Shown here: positions 18,500-28,451 of the stretch, in pieces
Layout of the letters: the number at the start of each line of letters is the position of its first letter
Position numbering within the stretch: the first letter of the stretch is position 1
Assembly: GCA_046546105.1 (NCBI GenBank)
Contig: JBKGYN010000003.1
Span: 2,178 to 66,177, forward strand
Reading direction: 5' to 3'
DNA: 64,000 nt
Origin: Candidatus Woesearchaeota archaeon
GTDB lineage: Archaea; Nanobdellota; Nanobdellia; Woesearchaeales; SKGA01
Notes under the pieces: model-generated
Databases searched by the model: none
What the model was told of the DNA's origin: nothing
Seen by the model: the letters and a program-made list of their open reading frames with translations, nothing else
Position numbers and translations under genes: made by a program

Positions 18500-18817
18500 T
18501 TGATATTCATGTGTTTCAAACAATTTAAAGAGCAGCATCGCCAGATTATAGAAAGCGAGAAGAACATCCAGATCAGAGAGCGTCATGAGCGCCGGATGAG
18601 ATATAACTACATAATATTTCTCATATTGTTTCTCGGAGGAGGCATATATATAGGACGCCAGTTCCTTTCATTCATCGAAGGTGGCATTTTTGCAATCCTG
18701 TTCTTGCTATATTACTTGTTTCTGGAATCTGTGCAAAAAGAATACGCCGAGTATACAGACAAGCTCATCAGAGAGCAAAACCAGAAGAAGAGAAACCCTC
18801 GCAGGAAAAAGAAGTGA
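18500..18817 (+). CDS. Small membrane protein
   Basis: Two hydrophobic helices (IIFLILFLGGGIYIG, IFAILFLLYYLFL) and a basic C-terminus. Confidence 0.4.
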   Translation: MIFMCFKQFKEQHRQIIESEKNIQIRERHERRMRYNYIIFLILFLGGGIYIGRQFLSFIEGGIFAILFLLYYLFLESVQKEYAEYTDKLIREQNQKKRNPRRKKK

Positions 18818-18819
18818 AT

Positions 18820-19170
18820 CTACCAGCTTTTGATCTGGTCGATCACAGCATCGTGCCATTTGTTGACTATATCAAGCATCGTACTCTTGATGTACTCCTT
18901 GTTCTTGATAGAATACACGAAAGTATAACCGCCGCTTTCCAGATTGACCTGATGTTTGTTGACCAGTCCTTTGGCAACTAGTTTCTTGACCGCTTTTTGG
19001 ATAGTAGTCCGGTCCTTGCCTGATTGCTCGCCGATCGTTGTCGTGCACAACGGTTCGTCTTGGGATAAGAGGAATGTGAAGAGACCATATTCTGTCTTGT
19101 TGAGTTCGAAACTGCACATGACCAGTTCCTGGAAGTCAATGTTCTTGCATGCGAATGATAATCTCATCAT
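18820..19170 (-). CDS. Winged-helix transcriptional regulator, TrmB/MarR-like
   Basis: GLFTFLLSQDEPLCTTTIGEQSGKDRTTIQKAVKKLVAKGLV fits the TrmB N-terminal HTH pattern. Confidence 0.55.
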   Translation of the reverse strand: MMRLSFACKNIDFQELVMCSFELNKTEYGLFTFLLSQDEPLCTTTIGEQSGKDRTTIQKAVKKLVAKGLVNKHQVNLESGGYTFVYSIKNKEYIKSTMLDIVNKWHDAVIDQIKSW

Positions 19171-19208
19171 AGTTCACCCTCTGTATAGTTCAAGAAAATA
19201 AGGAAAGA

Positions 19209-20183
19209 TCACGAGACTTCCCGTTGCATCTTCTTCTCGTGCTCTTCACGCTCAAGAAGCCGTTGCGCCTCTAGTGCTGCCATGCAACCGCTTCCAGCGG
19301 CCGTCACTGCCTGACGATACACATGATCCTGGACATCCCCTGCTGCAAAGATTCCTGTAACGGATGTTCTTGTGTTCTCGGCCTTGAGGTAACCGACATC
19401 ATCCATCTCAAGAACGTCCTTGAAGAGTTCCGTATTCGGCTTGTGACCGATGGCTAGGAAGAGCCCGTCAGTTGTCATCTCTTCGACCTCTCCTGTCTTC
19501 GTATCCTTGACCTTCAGGCCAGTCACTTTCTCATCGCCGAGGACTTCATCCACGGTCTTGTTCGGTATGATCGTTATCTTCTCATTGTGTTTTGCCCTGT
19601 CGAGCATGATAGGTGATGCTTTGAATGTTTCTCGCCTGTTGAGGATAGTTACGCTCTTTGCGAAGTTCGTGAGGAAGTTCGCTTCTTCCATTGCTGAATC
19701 TCCGCCGCCGACAACGACAACATCCTTGTCCTTGAAGAAGAATCCGTCACAAGTAGCGCACGCAGACACTCCTTTACCCCGCATACGTTGTTCGCTCTCG
19801 ATACCGAGATATTTCGCTCTCGCACCTGTCGCGATAATCACAGTCTTCGCTTTGACCGTCTGCGCTCCTGTCGTGACCGTGAATGGTCGCTCTCCCATCT
19901 CGACATTCGTGACTTCTTCGAAGAAATCATCAGTTCCGAATCGTTTCGCTTGTTCTCGCATATCGTTCATGAGCTGTGTTCCTTGAATCCCTTTCGGAAA
20001 TCCGGGGAAGTTCTCGACTTCAGTAGTTGTTGTCAACTGCCCTCCAGGTTGCGTCCCTTCAAAGAGCGCTACTGAAAGGTTCGCTCGTGAAGCGTAGATC
20101 GCTGCTGTGAATCCTGCCGGTCCCGATCCTATAATGACAACGTCATAGAGTTTCTCGTTCGTTTGCTGTTCTGTCATTTTCAT
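19209..20183 (-). CDS. trxB: Thioredoxin-disulfide reductase
   Basis: FAD motif VIIGSGPAG, redox-active CATCDG, NAD(P)H motif VVVGGGDSAME. Confidence 0.9.
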   Translation of the reverse strand: MKMTEQQTNEKLYDVVIIGSGPAGFTAAIYASRANLSVALFEGTQPGGQLTTTTEVENFPGFPKGIQGTQLMNDMREQAKRFGTDDFFEEVTNVEMGERPFTVTTGAQTVKAKTVIIATGARAKYLGIESEQRMRGKGVSACATCDGFFFKDKDVVVVGGGDSAMEEANFLTNFAKSVTILNRRETFKASPIMLDRAKHNEKITIIPNKTVDEVLGDEKVTGLKVKDTKTGEVEEMTTDGLFLAIGHKPNTELFKDVLEMDDVGYLKAENTRTSVTGIFAAGDVQDHVYRQAVTAAGSGCMAALEAQRLLEREEHEKKMQREVS

Positions 20184-20264
20184 TCCACCTTGTTCAAATC
20201 ACGATAGTGATGATTACGAAAACAAACATCACATGTAGAAAAAAAGAAAAAGCCAACCATACAC

Positions 20265-20594
20265 TTACGCTTTAGCGAGTGCCTGATCGATCTTCTGTTT
20301 GAGCAGGTCTTTCGGTGCGAAGCCCACGATCCGATCCACTTCCTTACCGTCTTTCATGACAAGCAGCGTAGGAATACCCTGGATGCCGAATTCTCCCGCG
20401 AGTTGCGGATGGTCTTCAGTGTTGAGTTTGGAGAATACCGCTTTCCCATCGTATTCGCCGCTGAGCTCTTCAAAGACAGGTCCCATCATCTGGCATGGTC
20501 CGCACCATGGAGCCCAGAAATCAACAAGGACTGGAAGATCAGATTGTTTGACCACTTCATCAAAATTATCCGGTGTTATGTGTGTAACTGCCAT
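20265..20594 (-). CDS. trxA: Thioredoxin
   Basis: WCGPC active site in a 109-aa Trx fold (FWAPWCGPCQMM). Confidence 0.9.
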   Translation of the reverse strand: MAVTHITPDNFDEVVKQSDLPVLVDFWAPWCGPCQMMGPVFEELSGEYDGKAVFSKLNTEDHPQLAGEFGIQGIPTLLVMKDGKEVDRIVGFAPKDLLKQKIDQALAKA

Positions 20595-20681
20595 GTTCTT
20601 TCACCCTGTTTTTGTTCAATCATTCTTTCTTTTTAAGACTTGTGCAAGTAGTTTGCACTTGTGGGAGAAATACGCACATTA

Positions 20682-20689
20682 TTTATATA
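20682..20689 (+). promoter_or_regulatory. TATA-like box upstream of trpS
   Basis: tttatata lies ~90 nt upstream of ATG 20780; a near-palindrome gtgtgcgttttggagaacgacacac (20700-20724) sits between. Confidence 0.25.
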
Positions 20690-20779
20690 TTTGCTGGAAG
20701 TGTGCGTTTTGGAGAACGACACACCCACTAGTCTGTGTCCAAAACACATAAAAAGAGCACTCCCCCTCAATGTAACATA

Positions 20780-21925
20780 ATGGAACCTGTTGTTAACCCA
20801 TACGAAGTATCAGGCCATGTCGATTACGAGCGCCTGATCAAAGAGTTCGGTATCAACCCCTTGAAAAAAAAGGATCTTGATCGAATAGAGGATGTCGCCG
20901 GCGAGCTCCACATGTTCCTTCGCAGAGGCATGTTCTTCGCTCACCGCGATCTCAAGTGGTGCCTTGACGAGTATAAGAAAGGAAACCAGTTCTTCCTCTA
21001 TACCGGTCTTGGCCCTTCAGGTCCCATTCATCTCGGTCATCTCGCTACATGGCGGTTCACGAAGTGGCTTCAGGACGTGTTTGACGTCGAATTGTGGTTC
21101 CAGTTCACCGATGATGAGAAGTTCCTCTTCAAGGAGAAAAGCTATGATGAGATCCAGAAGTGGACGCACGAGAACATGCTTGATATCATCGCTCTCGGTT
21201 TCAATCCTGAAAAGACCCACTTCCTTGTTGACACGAAGCACGCTGGTTTGATGTATCCTGAAGCTATCAAAGTCGCTAAGAAGATCACATTCTCCACGAT
21301 CAAGAGCGCCTTCGGCTTCACTGACTCGAATAACATCGGCAGTATCTTCTACACGGCGATGCAGACCGTACCAGTCTTTCTCCCTAACGTTCTCAGGGGC
21401 GAGAAGCGACCGTGTCTCATCCCTCTCGGTGTCGATCAGGATCCTCACTTCAGGATTTCTCGTGATGTTCTTGAGAAGCTTGGTCATTACAAGCCGGCGA
21501 TCATGCACGGTAAGATGATGCCGCCGCTCTCAGGTTTCGATGATAAGATGAGCAGCAGCTCTTCGAGCATGGATAAGACCATCCTGACCACTGACATACC
21601 AAAGCAGGTCAAGAAGAAGATCAACAAGCACGCATTGTCCGGCGGCAAGGATACTGTCGAGGAACACCGTGAGCATGGCGGTGACACTGATAAGGATATC
21701 GCGTTCCAGTGGCTCCGTTACTTCGAGGATGATGATAAGAGGCTTGATGACATCAAACGGAAGTACGAATCCGGCGAGATGCTCAGCGGCGAGTTGAAAG
21801 CGATTCTTATCGAAAAGGTCAATGACTTCCTCGCAGAGCATCAGAAGCGTCGGGAGAAAGCCAAGGACATGCTTGACCAGTTCATCTACGATCCTACAAA
21901 GGATCCTGATGCAAAGAAGGAGTGA
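20780..21925 (+). CDS. trpS: Tryptophanyl-tRNA synthetase, archaeal/eukaryotic type
   Basis: HLGH (HIGH) and KMSSS (KMSKS) motifs; near-collinear similarity to eukaryotic TrpRS (FFLYTGLGPSGPIHLGH, FTKWLQDVF, GVDQDPHFRISRD, KHALSGG); the ORF track starts at GTG 20735, the first ATG is at 20780. Confidence 0.85.
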   Translation: MEPVVNPYEVSGHVDYERLIKEFGINPLKKKDLDRIEDVAGELHMFLRRGMFFAHRDLKWCLDEYKKGNQFFLYTGLGPSGPIHLGHLATWRFTKWLQDVFDVELWFQFTDDEKFLFKEKSYDEIQKWTHENMLDIIALGFNPEKTHFLVDTKHAGLMYPEAIKVAKKITFSTIKSAFGFTDSNNIGSIFYTAMQTVPVFLPNVLRGEKRPCLIPLGVDQDPHFRISRDVLEKLGHYKPAIMHGKMMPPLSGFDDKMSSSSSSMDKTILTTDIPKQVKKKINKHALSGGKDTVEEHREHGGDTDKDIAFQWLRYFEDDDKRLDDIKRKYESGEMLSGELKAILIEKVNDFLAEHQKRREKAKDMLDQFIYDPTKDPDAKKE

Positions 21926-22013
21926 ATACAACCCATCTTGTTTTCACCTCCATAATTCTTTTTTTCAAGTCTCACATCATGTCTTTAAAAGCATAGGATT
22001 AGGCAACAAAAGG

Positions 22014-22023
22014 TATAAAAATA
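22014..22023 (+). promoter_or_regulatory. TATA-like box upstream of mutS
   Basis: tataaaaata lies 23-32 nt upstream of ATG 22046 (leaderless-type spacing). Confidence 0.3.
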
Positions 22024-22045
22024 CCCTTCTATCACTTACATCACC

Positions 22046-24619
22046 ATGGGGTCGTTTGAAGAGATTGATCAGTCAGATCTGACACCTGCGATGCGACAGT
22101 ACGTTGATATCAAGCGCCAGAACATGGATTCGATAGTCTTGTTTCGCATGGGCGATTTCTACGAGACATTCTATGATGACGCCATTGTAGCGGCTGACGT
22201 TCTCAACATCACGCTCACGTCGAGAAAGCAAGGCAAGGGCAAAGCTCCACTTGCAGGCATCCCGTTCCATGCTGCCGAGACATATGTCAAGCGTCTCATA
22301 GAAGCCGGTAAAAAGGTCGTTATCGTCGAGCAGCTTGAAGATCCGAAGAAAGCCAAGAAGGTCGTCAAGCGCGGTGTCACGCGCATCATCACCCCCGGAA
22401 CTGTTCTCGAGGATAACATCCTCTCCCCTACCACGAATAATTATCTCGCCAGCATCATTCTTGAGGGTAAGCGCTTTGGGATTGCCGTGTGCGATGTGTC
22501 CACTTCGGAAGTCTTCATGACACAGAGTGATGATAAGAACTTGCTTTTCGGAGAGTTAGAGAAATTCCGTCCTGCTGAGCTTGTCGTCAAGGGTTCCTTC
22601 GCCTCGCAAGAAGTGATTGATACCTGTCAGCATCTCGATATCACAATCTCCCGCGTTGATGACGAATTGTTTGATGTGGAGACCGCACTTCACATAGCTG
22701 GTAAGCAATTCGACAAGAAAAAGCTCAACGCGATTTCAAAGCATAACGAGCTGGCCATTTCCGCTCTCGGCCCGTTGGTCTCGTATGTCAAGCGCAACCT
22801 CCTCAAGGACGAGACTTATCTCTCATTTCCAGAGCTCTATTCATTAAGCCAATCGATGGTGCTCGATCAGACGACGCAGCGTAACCTCGAGCTCGTGTCA
22901 AACCAGATCGATGGAAGTCGTAAAGGCACCTTATTCTCCACGCTCAATCACACGATGACTGGCATGGGCGCTCGTTACCTGCAAAAGCTCATCCTCTCCC
23001 CCTCACTCGATCTCGATACGATCACGAAGCGCCAGGATGCAGTCGAATCCTTATTCCAGAATCCCATCCTCCTTGGCGATTTGCGCGAATCGCTTCGTGG
23101 TTGTAGCGACCTCCAGCGTCTTGTCGCCAGAGCGACCTACGGCTCCATCAATCCAAAGGAAGTCATCAGCCTGGCTCAGACCATCGAGACATTCAGCATC
23201 ATCAAGAAATTGCTCACGCAGACTGAATCCTCATTGTTCTCGGAAAGTCTTGATGTTCCTGACAACGAAAAGCTCGCATCCTCCATCCGCTCGACGATAA
23301 AGGATGAGCCTGCGACCAGTGTCCGCGAGGGTAATATCATCAAGGAAAGCGTGAGTGACGAACTTGACGAGCTGCGCACCCTCGCTTCCGACTCGAAAAC
23401 ATGGCTTCGTGATTTTGAGGAGCAGGAGCGTGAAAAGACCGGCATCAAGTCCTTGAAGGTCAAGTATAACAAGGTCTTCGGTTATTTCATCGAAGTCACG
23501 AAGGCAAACCTTCATCTCGTCCCCGATCATTACATCCGCAAGCAGACGCAAGTCAATAGCGAACGATACATCACTGACGAGCTCAAGGATAAGGAATCTC
23601 AACTTCTCGGCGCGCGAGAGCGTGCGAACACACTGGAGTTCGAACTCTTCCAGGAAACCATCAGGACGATCGTGTCGTATCAGGAAACGCTCAAGCGATC
23701 AGGGTCAGTACTCTCTCTCATCGACGCGATGCAGAGTCTCGCCCATGTGGCAAACAAGAATTCGTATTGCCGTCCGGAACTATCCGCTTCAGGCGATACT
23801 GTAATCCAGAAGGGTCGTCATCCTGTTGTTGAGCAACACGCTTCCTTTGTCGCCAATAACACCTTGTTCAAGGAGAAGGACACACTCCATGTCATCACAG
23901 GTCCTAATATGGCCGGTAAGAGCACGTATTTGCGACAGGTAGCGCTCATAACTCTCATGGCCCAGACTGGCAGTTTCGTTCCTGCAACGGATGCTCGTAT
24001 CGCGATTGTCGATCGCATATTCACGAGAGTCGGAGCTCACGATAATCTTTCCCAAGGTGAATCCACGTTCATGGTGGAGATGACCGAGACAGCCAACATC
24101 CTCAAGAACGCCACATCGAAATCGCTCATCATCCTTGATGAGATCGGTCGCGGGACATCGACATATGATGGTTTTTCCATCGCCTGGGCTGTCGCCCGTC
24201 ACATCGTTACGCGCATCGGTGCTAAAGCTCTCTTCGCCACTCATTATCACCAGCTCAACACGCTTGCTGGCGAGTTCGAGAGCGTGAAGAATTATCATAG
24301 CACTGTCGAGGAAAGCGAACACGGTCTCATATTCCTTCGTAAAATCCTTCCAGGCAGCACGGACAAGAGTTTTGGAGTTCACGTTGCCAAGATTGCAGGT
24401 GTTCCTGACGAGGTCATCAGTGATGCCCAGTCCATGATGGAAACATTGGAAGCTGAAGATAGGATCCTCGCACAATCGCAATCACACAAGAACAGCGACG
24501 GCTCCACACAAAAACAAAATATTGGGCCGCACGAACAACAATCCCGATCCGAAGAAGTCACTGAAGAGAAGCTCGGCAGCACAGGCCAGCTCTCTCTTGA
24601 GTCATTCGAGAAAAATTGA
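22046..24619 (+). CDS. mutS: DNA mismatch repair protein MutS (bacterial MutS1 type)
   Basis: N-terminal mismatch-binding region (TPAMRQY...GDFYE...F), Walker A GPNMAGKST, DE box ILDEIGRGTSTYDG, HTH at the C-terminus. Confidence 0.9.
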   Translation: MGSFEEIDQSDLTPAMRQYVDIKRQNMDSIVLFRMGDFYETFYDDAIVAADVLNITLTSRKQGKGKAPLAGIPFHAAETYVKRLIEAGKKVVIVEQLEDPKKAKKVVKRGVTRIITPGTVLEDNILSPTTNNYLASIILEGKRFGIAVCDVSTSEVFMTQSDDKNLLFGELEKFRPAELVVKGSFASQEVIDTCQHLDITISRVDDELFDVETALHIAGKQFDKKKLNAISKHNELAISALGPLVSYVKRNLLKDETYLSFPELYSLSQSMVLDQTTQRNLELVSNQIDGSRKGTLFSTLNHTMTGMGARYLQKLILSPSLDLDTITKRQDAVESLFQNPILLGDLRESLRGCSDLQRLVARATYGSINPKEVISLAQTIETFSIIKKLLTQTESSLFSESLDVPDNEKLASSIRSTIKDEPATSVREGNIIKESVSDELDELRTLASDSKTWLRDFEEQEREKTGIKSLKVKYNKVFGYFIEVTKANLHLVPDHYIRKQTQVNSERYITDELKDKESQLLGARERANTLEFELFQETIRTIVSYQETLKRSGSVLSLIDAMQSLAHVANKNSYCRPELSASGDTVIQKGRHPVVEQHASFVANNTLFKEKDTLHVITGPNMAGKSTYLRQVALITLMAQTGSFVPATDARIAIVDRIFTRVGAHDNLSQGESTFMVEMTETANILKNATSKSLIILDEIGRGTSTYDGFSIAWAVARHIVTRIGAKALFATHYHQLNTLAGEFESVKNYHSTVEESEHGLIFLRKILPGSTDKSFGVHVAKIAGVPDEVISDAQSMMETLEAEDRILAQSQSHKNSDGSTQKQNIGPHEQQSRSEEVTEEKLGSTGQLSLESFEKN

Positions 24620-24639
24620 ACTGGAAAAAACCCTTTACG

Positions 24640-26601
24640 ATGACAGACACTAACGATATCCGATTGCTTCCTGACGAGCTTATCAATAAGATCGCTGCTG
24701 GCGAGGTCATCGAACGTCCCGCCAATGTCGTCAAAGAAATCGTTGAGAACGCTCTTGACGCAGGCGCTAGGAAAGTCAACGTCTCGCTTGAAGATGGTGG
24801 TAAGAGTTTCATCCGCATAGAAGACGACGGGAGCGGCATCAGCGACATCACAACCGCTATAGAGCGTCATGCTACAAGTAAAATCCACACTGAAGAAGAC
24901 CTCGATCGCATCAGCACTCTTGGTTTCAGGGGAGAAGCGCTTGCCAGCATCTGCGCCATCTCGAAAGTCGAAATCCAGTCGAAAACAGAAATGATGAGCG
25001 AAGGGATCAAAGCAATCATTGAAAACGGTTCCGTGCTCAAGACCTCTAAAGTCCCGATGGATACTGGCACCATCATCACGATCAGGAATCTGTTCTACAA
25101 CACGCCCGCTCGTCAGAAATTTCTCAAATCGACTGCTGTCGAGAGGCGTCATTGTCAGGACATCCTGACCAAACTCTCCTTGTGTCAGCCTAAGGTCGAC
25201 ATTCGCCTGTCACATGATGGTAATGAGCTTCTTCACGCCACCCCCCATGATGATCTCAAGCAACGCGTAGCCAGTATTTATGATGTCGAAACCGCAAAGT
25301 CAATGCTTCCAATCAGTTTCGAGGATGATTTGTTCCGTATCACCGGTCTCACAGGTATTCCTTATAGCACAAGAAAGGACAAGAGTCGCCAGACCATCCT
25401 TATCAACCATCGTCCTGTTTCAGCTCCTGCTGTACGTCAGGGAGCGTATGACGCCTACCAGTCGCTTCGTTTCCTCGATCAGCATCCTGTATTCATCATT
25501 TCTATCGAATTAGATCCTACATTGGTCGATGTGAACGTTCATCCGACCAAGCAGGTTGTTCGTCTTTCTCACGAGGAACAGCTCGAGCGTGCTGTCTTTG
25601 AAGCTTGTACAAAAGCTCTGGAGAGCAACAACCTTACTCCTGAAGTGAATGCTTCAGAAAAAGTCTCTTCCAAACCTCAACAAACGAGTTTTCCCCCTCC
25701 AGAATTTCTCCCGTCTGAAATCCATCCTGCTCCTGATGATAAGCAGACACTTCTTGATATCCAACCAGAACCGGAACACCCATCACGATCTCATGAACCG
25801 ATTATGACCGGAAAGGAAAGCATCGTTGCCGATGACAGAGAGCAATATATCCAACAAGACCATATATCTGGCGAGAAACAGCCAGTCACGAACGAGACCC
25901 GTCCTGGAACCACAGGTTCACAGGATAATATAAGTGTCGAGCACGATAAGACAGCTCAACCCGCATCCGAGGAGAGGACAACCCCTAATGTTTCTGAAAC
26001 AGGAAAAAGTGCTTTTCATCATGATTTCGGCATCACCAGGATTTTCGGCCAATTATCACGCCTGTATATTCTTGCTGCATCAAGCAAGGGTCTTGTGATT
26101 ATTGACCAACATGCTGCTGAAGAGAGAATCCTCTTTGAGGAATTTCTTGACGGATTCAAGAAGGATTCAGTACCCTCGCAAGCACTGTTTAAACCTATCA
26201 TTTCGGAGGTTTCACCGTTGCAGATGGAAGAATATCAGGCTAATGCCGAACTCCTTTCAAAAGCAGGTTTTCGTATCGATGAATTCGGCGAGACCGAAAT
26301 CAAGATTTCTGCGATACCGGAGCTTTTCGGTAATATCGAGAAATCCTTTTTTACCGAGATTCTTGACGAGTTCAGTCTCATCCGTAAAGGTAAAGTCACT
26401 TCCTCTTCTCTACACACACTTGCTACAAAGGCTTGTAAGGCTGCCGTCAAAGCAGGTGATGAGCTCACTCCGCCCCAGATGAAACGCTTGATTAAACGCA
26501 TGGAATCTTGTAAACGTCCTTTTACATGCCCGCACGGTCGTCCGACTATCATTTCCATAACTCCGTACGAGCTTGAGAAGATGTTCCGTCGCAAAGCTTG
26601 A
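24640..26601 (+). CDS. mutL: DNA mismatch repair protein MutL
   Basis: GHKL ATPase motifs (IAAGEVIERPANVVKEIVENALDA, DDGSGI, GFRGEAL); C-terminal dimerisation domain with an endonuclease-like region; the ORF track starts at a TTG overlapping the mutS stop, the ATG is at 24640. Confidence 0.85.
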   Translation: MTDTNDIRLLPDELINKIAAGEVIERPANVVKEIVENALDAGARKVNVSLEDGGKSFIRIEDDGSGISDITTAIERHATSKIHTEEDLDRISTLGFRGEALASICAISKVEIQSKTEMMSEGIKAIIENGSVLKTSKVPMDTGTIITIRNLFYNTPARQKFLKSTAVERRHCQDILTKLSLCQPKVDIRLSHDGNELLHATPHDDLKQRVASIYDVETAKSMLPISFEDDLFRITGLTGIPYSTRKDKSRQTILINHRPVSAPAVRQGAYDAYQSLRFLDQHPVFIISIELDPTLVDVNVHPTKQVVRLSHEEQLERAVFEACTKALESNNLTPEVNASEKVSSKPQQTSFPPPEFLPSEIHPAPDDKQTLLDIQPEPEHPSRSHEPIMTGKESIVADDREQYIQQDHISGEKQPVTNETRPGTTGSQDNISVEHDKTAQPASEERTTPNVSETGKSAFHHDFGITRIFGQLSRLYILAASSKGLVIIDQHAAEERILFEEFLDGFKKDSVPSQALFKPIISEVSPLQMEEYQANAELLSKAGFRIDEFGETEIKISAIPELFGNIEKSFFTEILDEFSLIRKGKVTSSSLHTLATKACKAAVKAGDELTPPQMKRLIKRMESCKRPFTCPHGRPTIISITPYELEKMFRRKA

Positions 26602-26686
26602 ACTGGCGGGCGCACATCAATCCCAAAGACCGGTTGTAAGAATAAACCATCCTATTGCTAGACTGAAAAGAAAAAAGCCAAGAATC

Positions 26687-27616
26687 TTATTTTTCCCATG
26701 AGCTGATGACAAGATCGTAGATTTTACCCTCGTATTTAACTGGCAAGACACGGTGTGCCAGATGCTTGATGGAATCGCTTGTATTCACTTTGAGATTGCT
26801 CGAGATGTCGATTTGTTTCCTTTCTTCTGTGATCACCGGTTCTCCTGCACAGCAGGTTGCATAGACTGTATGCGTGGAGTTCTGTTCGAGTTTGATCTTA
26901 TCACCGATTGGTTTGTAATCACATAGTGTTGCAATCTCGCCAGCATCGTATGATTTTTGCGTTCCCTCATAGCTTGAGAATGAACAGTTGTTAACGCCCG
27001 CACAATCTGCTTTACAGATCTCCCTGAAAGCTCCAGTGCAATCTTCGTGGCATGAACCTTGAGACAGGTATATGGTGGTCTCGTTATGCCCACCTCGAGG
27101 GATATATGTCTCTGCAATTTGTGAGTCGAAATCGCTGTAGATTGCTTTGAATCTGATACGGCCGCTTCGCACCACTTTATTTTCCAAGATTCCGTCTGAC
27201 CCGGTATTTCCCAATGATTCTTCACCATAAGGATAGATGGCGACAACTTCGGAATCTACCGTTCCACCATCTTCAAGTTTCACTTTGACCGTGACTGTGT
27301 TCGTATTGGATTCGTCTTTTCCGCAGTCCGGATCAGGACAGTTCTTGCAGCTTGTACGAACACCATCAGAATAGAAGTCTTCTGGACAGACCCCATCATC
27401 CGCTCCACAAGGGTAGCATTTTCCGCAGATATCGACAGCACCGTATCCTTGGACACTGTTTGGCGTCGCTCCGCAAACAAGCGTGGAGAACGTGGTTTGT
27501 TCATTGCAAGGTTTTGTCGGATCATAATCAGGGTTCGCCTCGATAGCTAGTCCGAAGCTCGCCATTCCAACGATAAGCAGTGCCGACACAATAAAGAATA
27601 ATGAATTGCCCTTCAT
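26687..27616 (-). CDS. Secreted cysteine-rich protein
   Basis: N-terminal signal peptide (MKGNSLFFIVSALLIVGMASFGLA) and about 20 Cys in C.C, CxxC and CxC clusters. Confidence 0.5.
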   Translation of the reverse strand: MKGNSLFFIVSALLIVGMASFGLAIEANPDYDPTKPCNEQTTFSTLVCGATPNSVQGYGAVDICGKCYPCGADDGVCPEDFYSDGVRTSCKNCPDPDCGKDESNTNTVTVKVKLEDGGTVDSEVVAIYPYGEESLGNTGSDGILENKVVRSGRIRFKAIYSDFDSQIAETYIPRGGHNETTIYLSQGSCHEDCTGAFREICKADCAGVNNCSFSSYEGTQKSYDAGEIATLCDYKPIGDKIKLEQNSTHTVYATCCAGEPVITEERKQIDISSNLKVNTSDSIKHLAHRVLPVKYEGKIYDLVISSWEK

Positions 27617-27659
27617 ATGCTTTATACCAGAGACATGAATTTATAAATGTTTCTTTCAC

Positions 27660-28313
27660 TCAGACGTTGTTACTGGAGACAGAGCGTGATTTCTTCTTTT
27701 TTGGTGGCTTTTTAGCTCCTGTTGTTTGTCCAGGGGTTTTTCCGGAGGATCGTTTGCCAGCATAAGTCTTATAGACCTCTGTCATGAGAAGACTGTTAGG
27801 TATGTGGATCACATCCCCTGAACTCGTACGAACCTTCAATTCAAAAATCGTCAATTCTTCAATCACACCCGTTATATTCTGGACCGTGATTGTCTTTCCG
27901 ACTGCCACATCCTTGCGTCCGGACAATTTCCGGTAAGCGATGATATTGGGCATGCTATCTTTTATGCTCAGGATAAGAGATATGGCAAGGACCACGACGA
28001 TGAGAATTGCGACAATATTGAGTATGACAGCAGTAATCCCTATCTTGTTGAGCGCGAGAATGAAGAATACCGTGTAGATGCTGTAAGAAACAAACCCGCT
28101 CACGACCTTTTCAAAAGATGTTTTCAGCTTGGTCTTTTTCCGGACCGCCTCTCCGACCTTGAATTCCTTCAGAATTTTCTCCACGACCTTTCCAAGCACT
28201 CTTCCCAGTATCAGTCCTATGATAAAGAGTATGAAAGCGACCGTGACCGAACTGATAAGCTCGCTTGACTGGAATAGTGGTGGTTGTGCTAGTGTCGTGT
28301 TATTCATCGTCAT
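27660..28313 (-). CDS. Mechanosensitive channel, MscS-like (short form)
   Basis: TM helices followed by GKTITVQNITGVIEELTIFELKVRTSSGDVIHIPNS, the MscS beta-domain signature; basic C-terminal tail. Confidence 0.5.
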   Translation of the reverse strand: MTMNNTTLAQPPLFQSSELISSVTVAFILFIIGLILGRVLGKVVEKILKEFKVGEAVRKKTKLKTSFEKVVSGFVSYSIYTVFFILALNKIGITAVILNIVAILIVVVLAISLILSIKDSMPNIIAYRKLSGRKDVAVGKTITVQNITGVIEELTIFELKVRTSSGDVIHIPNSLLMTEVYKTYAGKRSSGKTPGQTTGAKKPPKKKKSRSVSSNNV

Positions 28314-28451
28314 TTCACACAGCGTGGTTTATAAGTAGTGCAGTGTGGACATGTGCTTTATAATTGTTTTGCTTCAAAAAAGCCATCATCAAGATTTTGT
28401 TAGAAAATAATTTGTGAAATAAAAAAGCGTTTAAAAAACGAACGTACAGCA

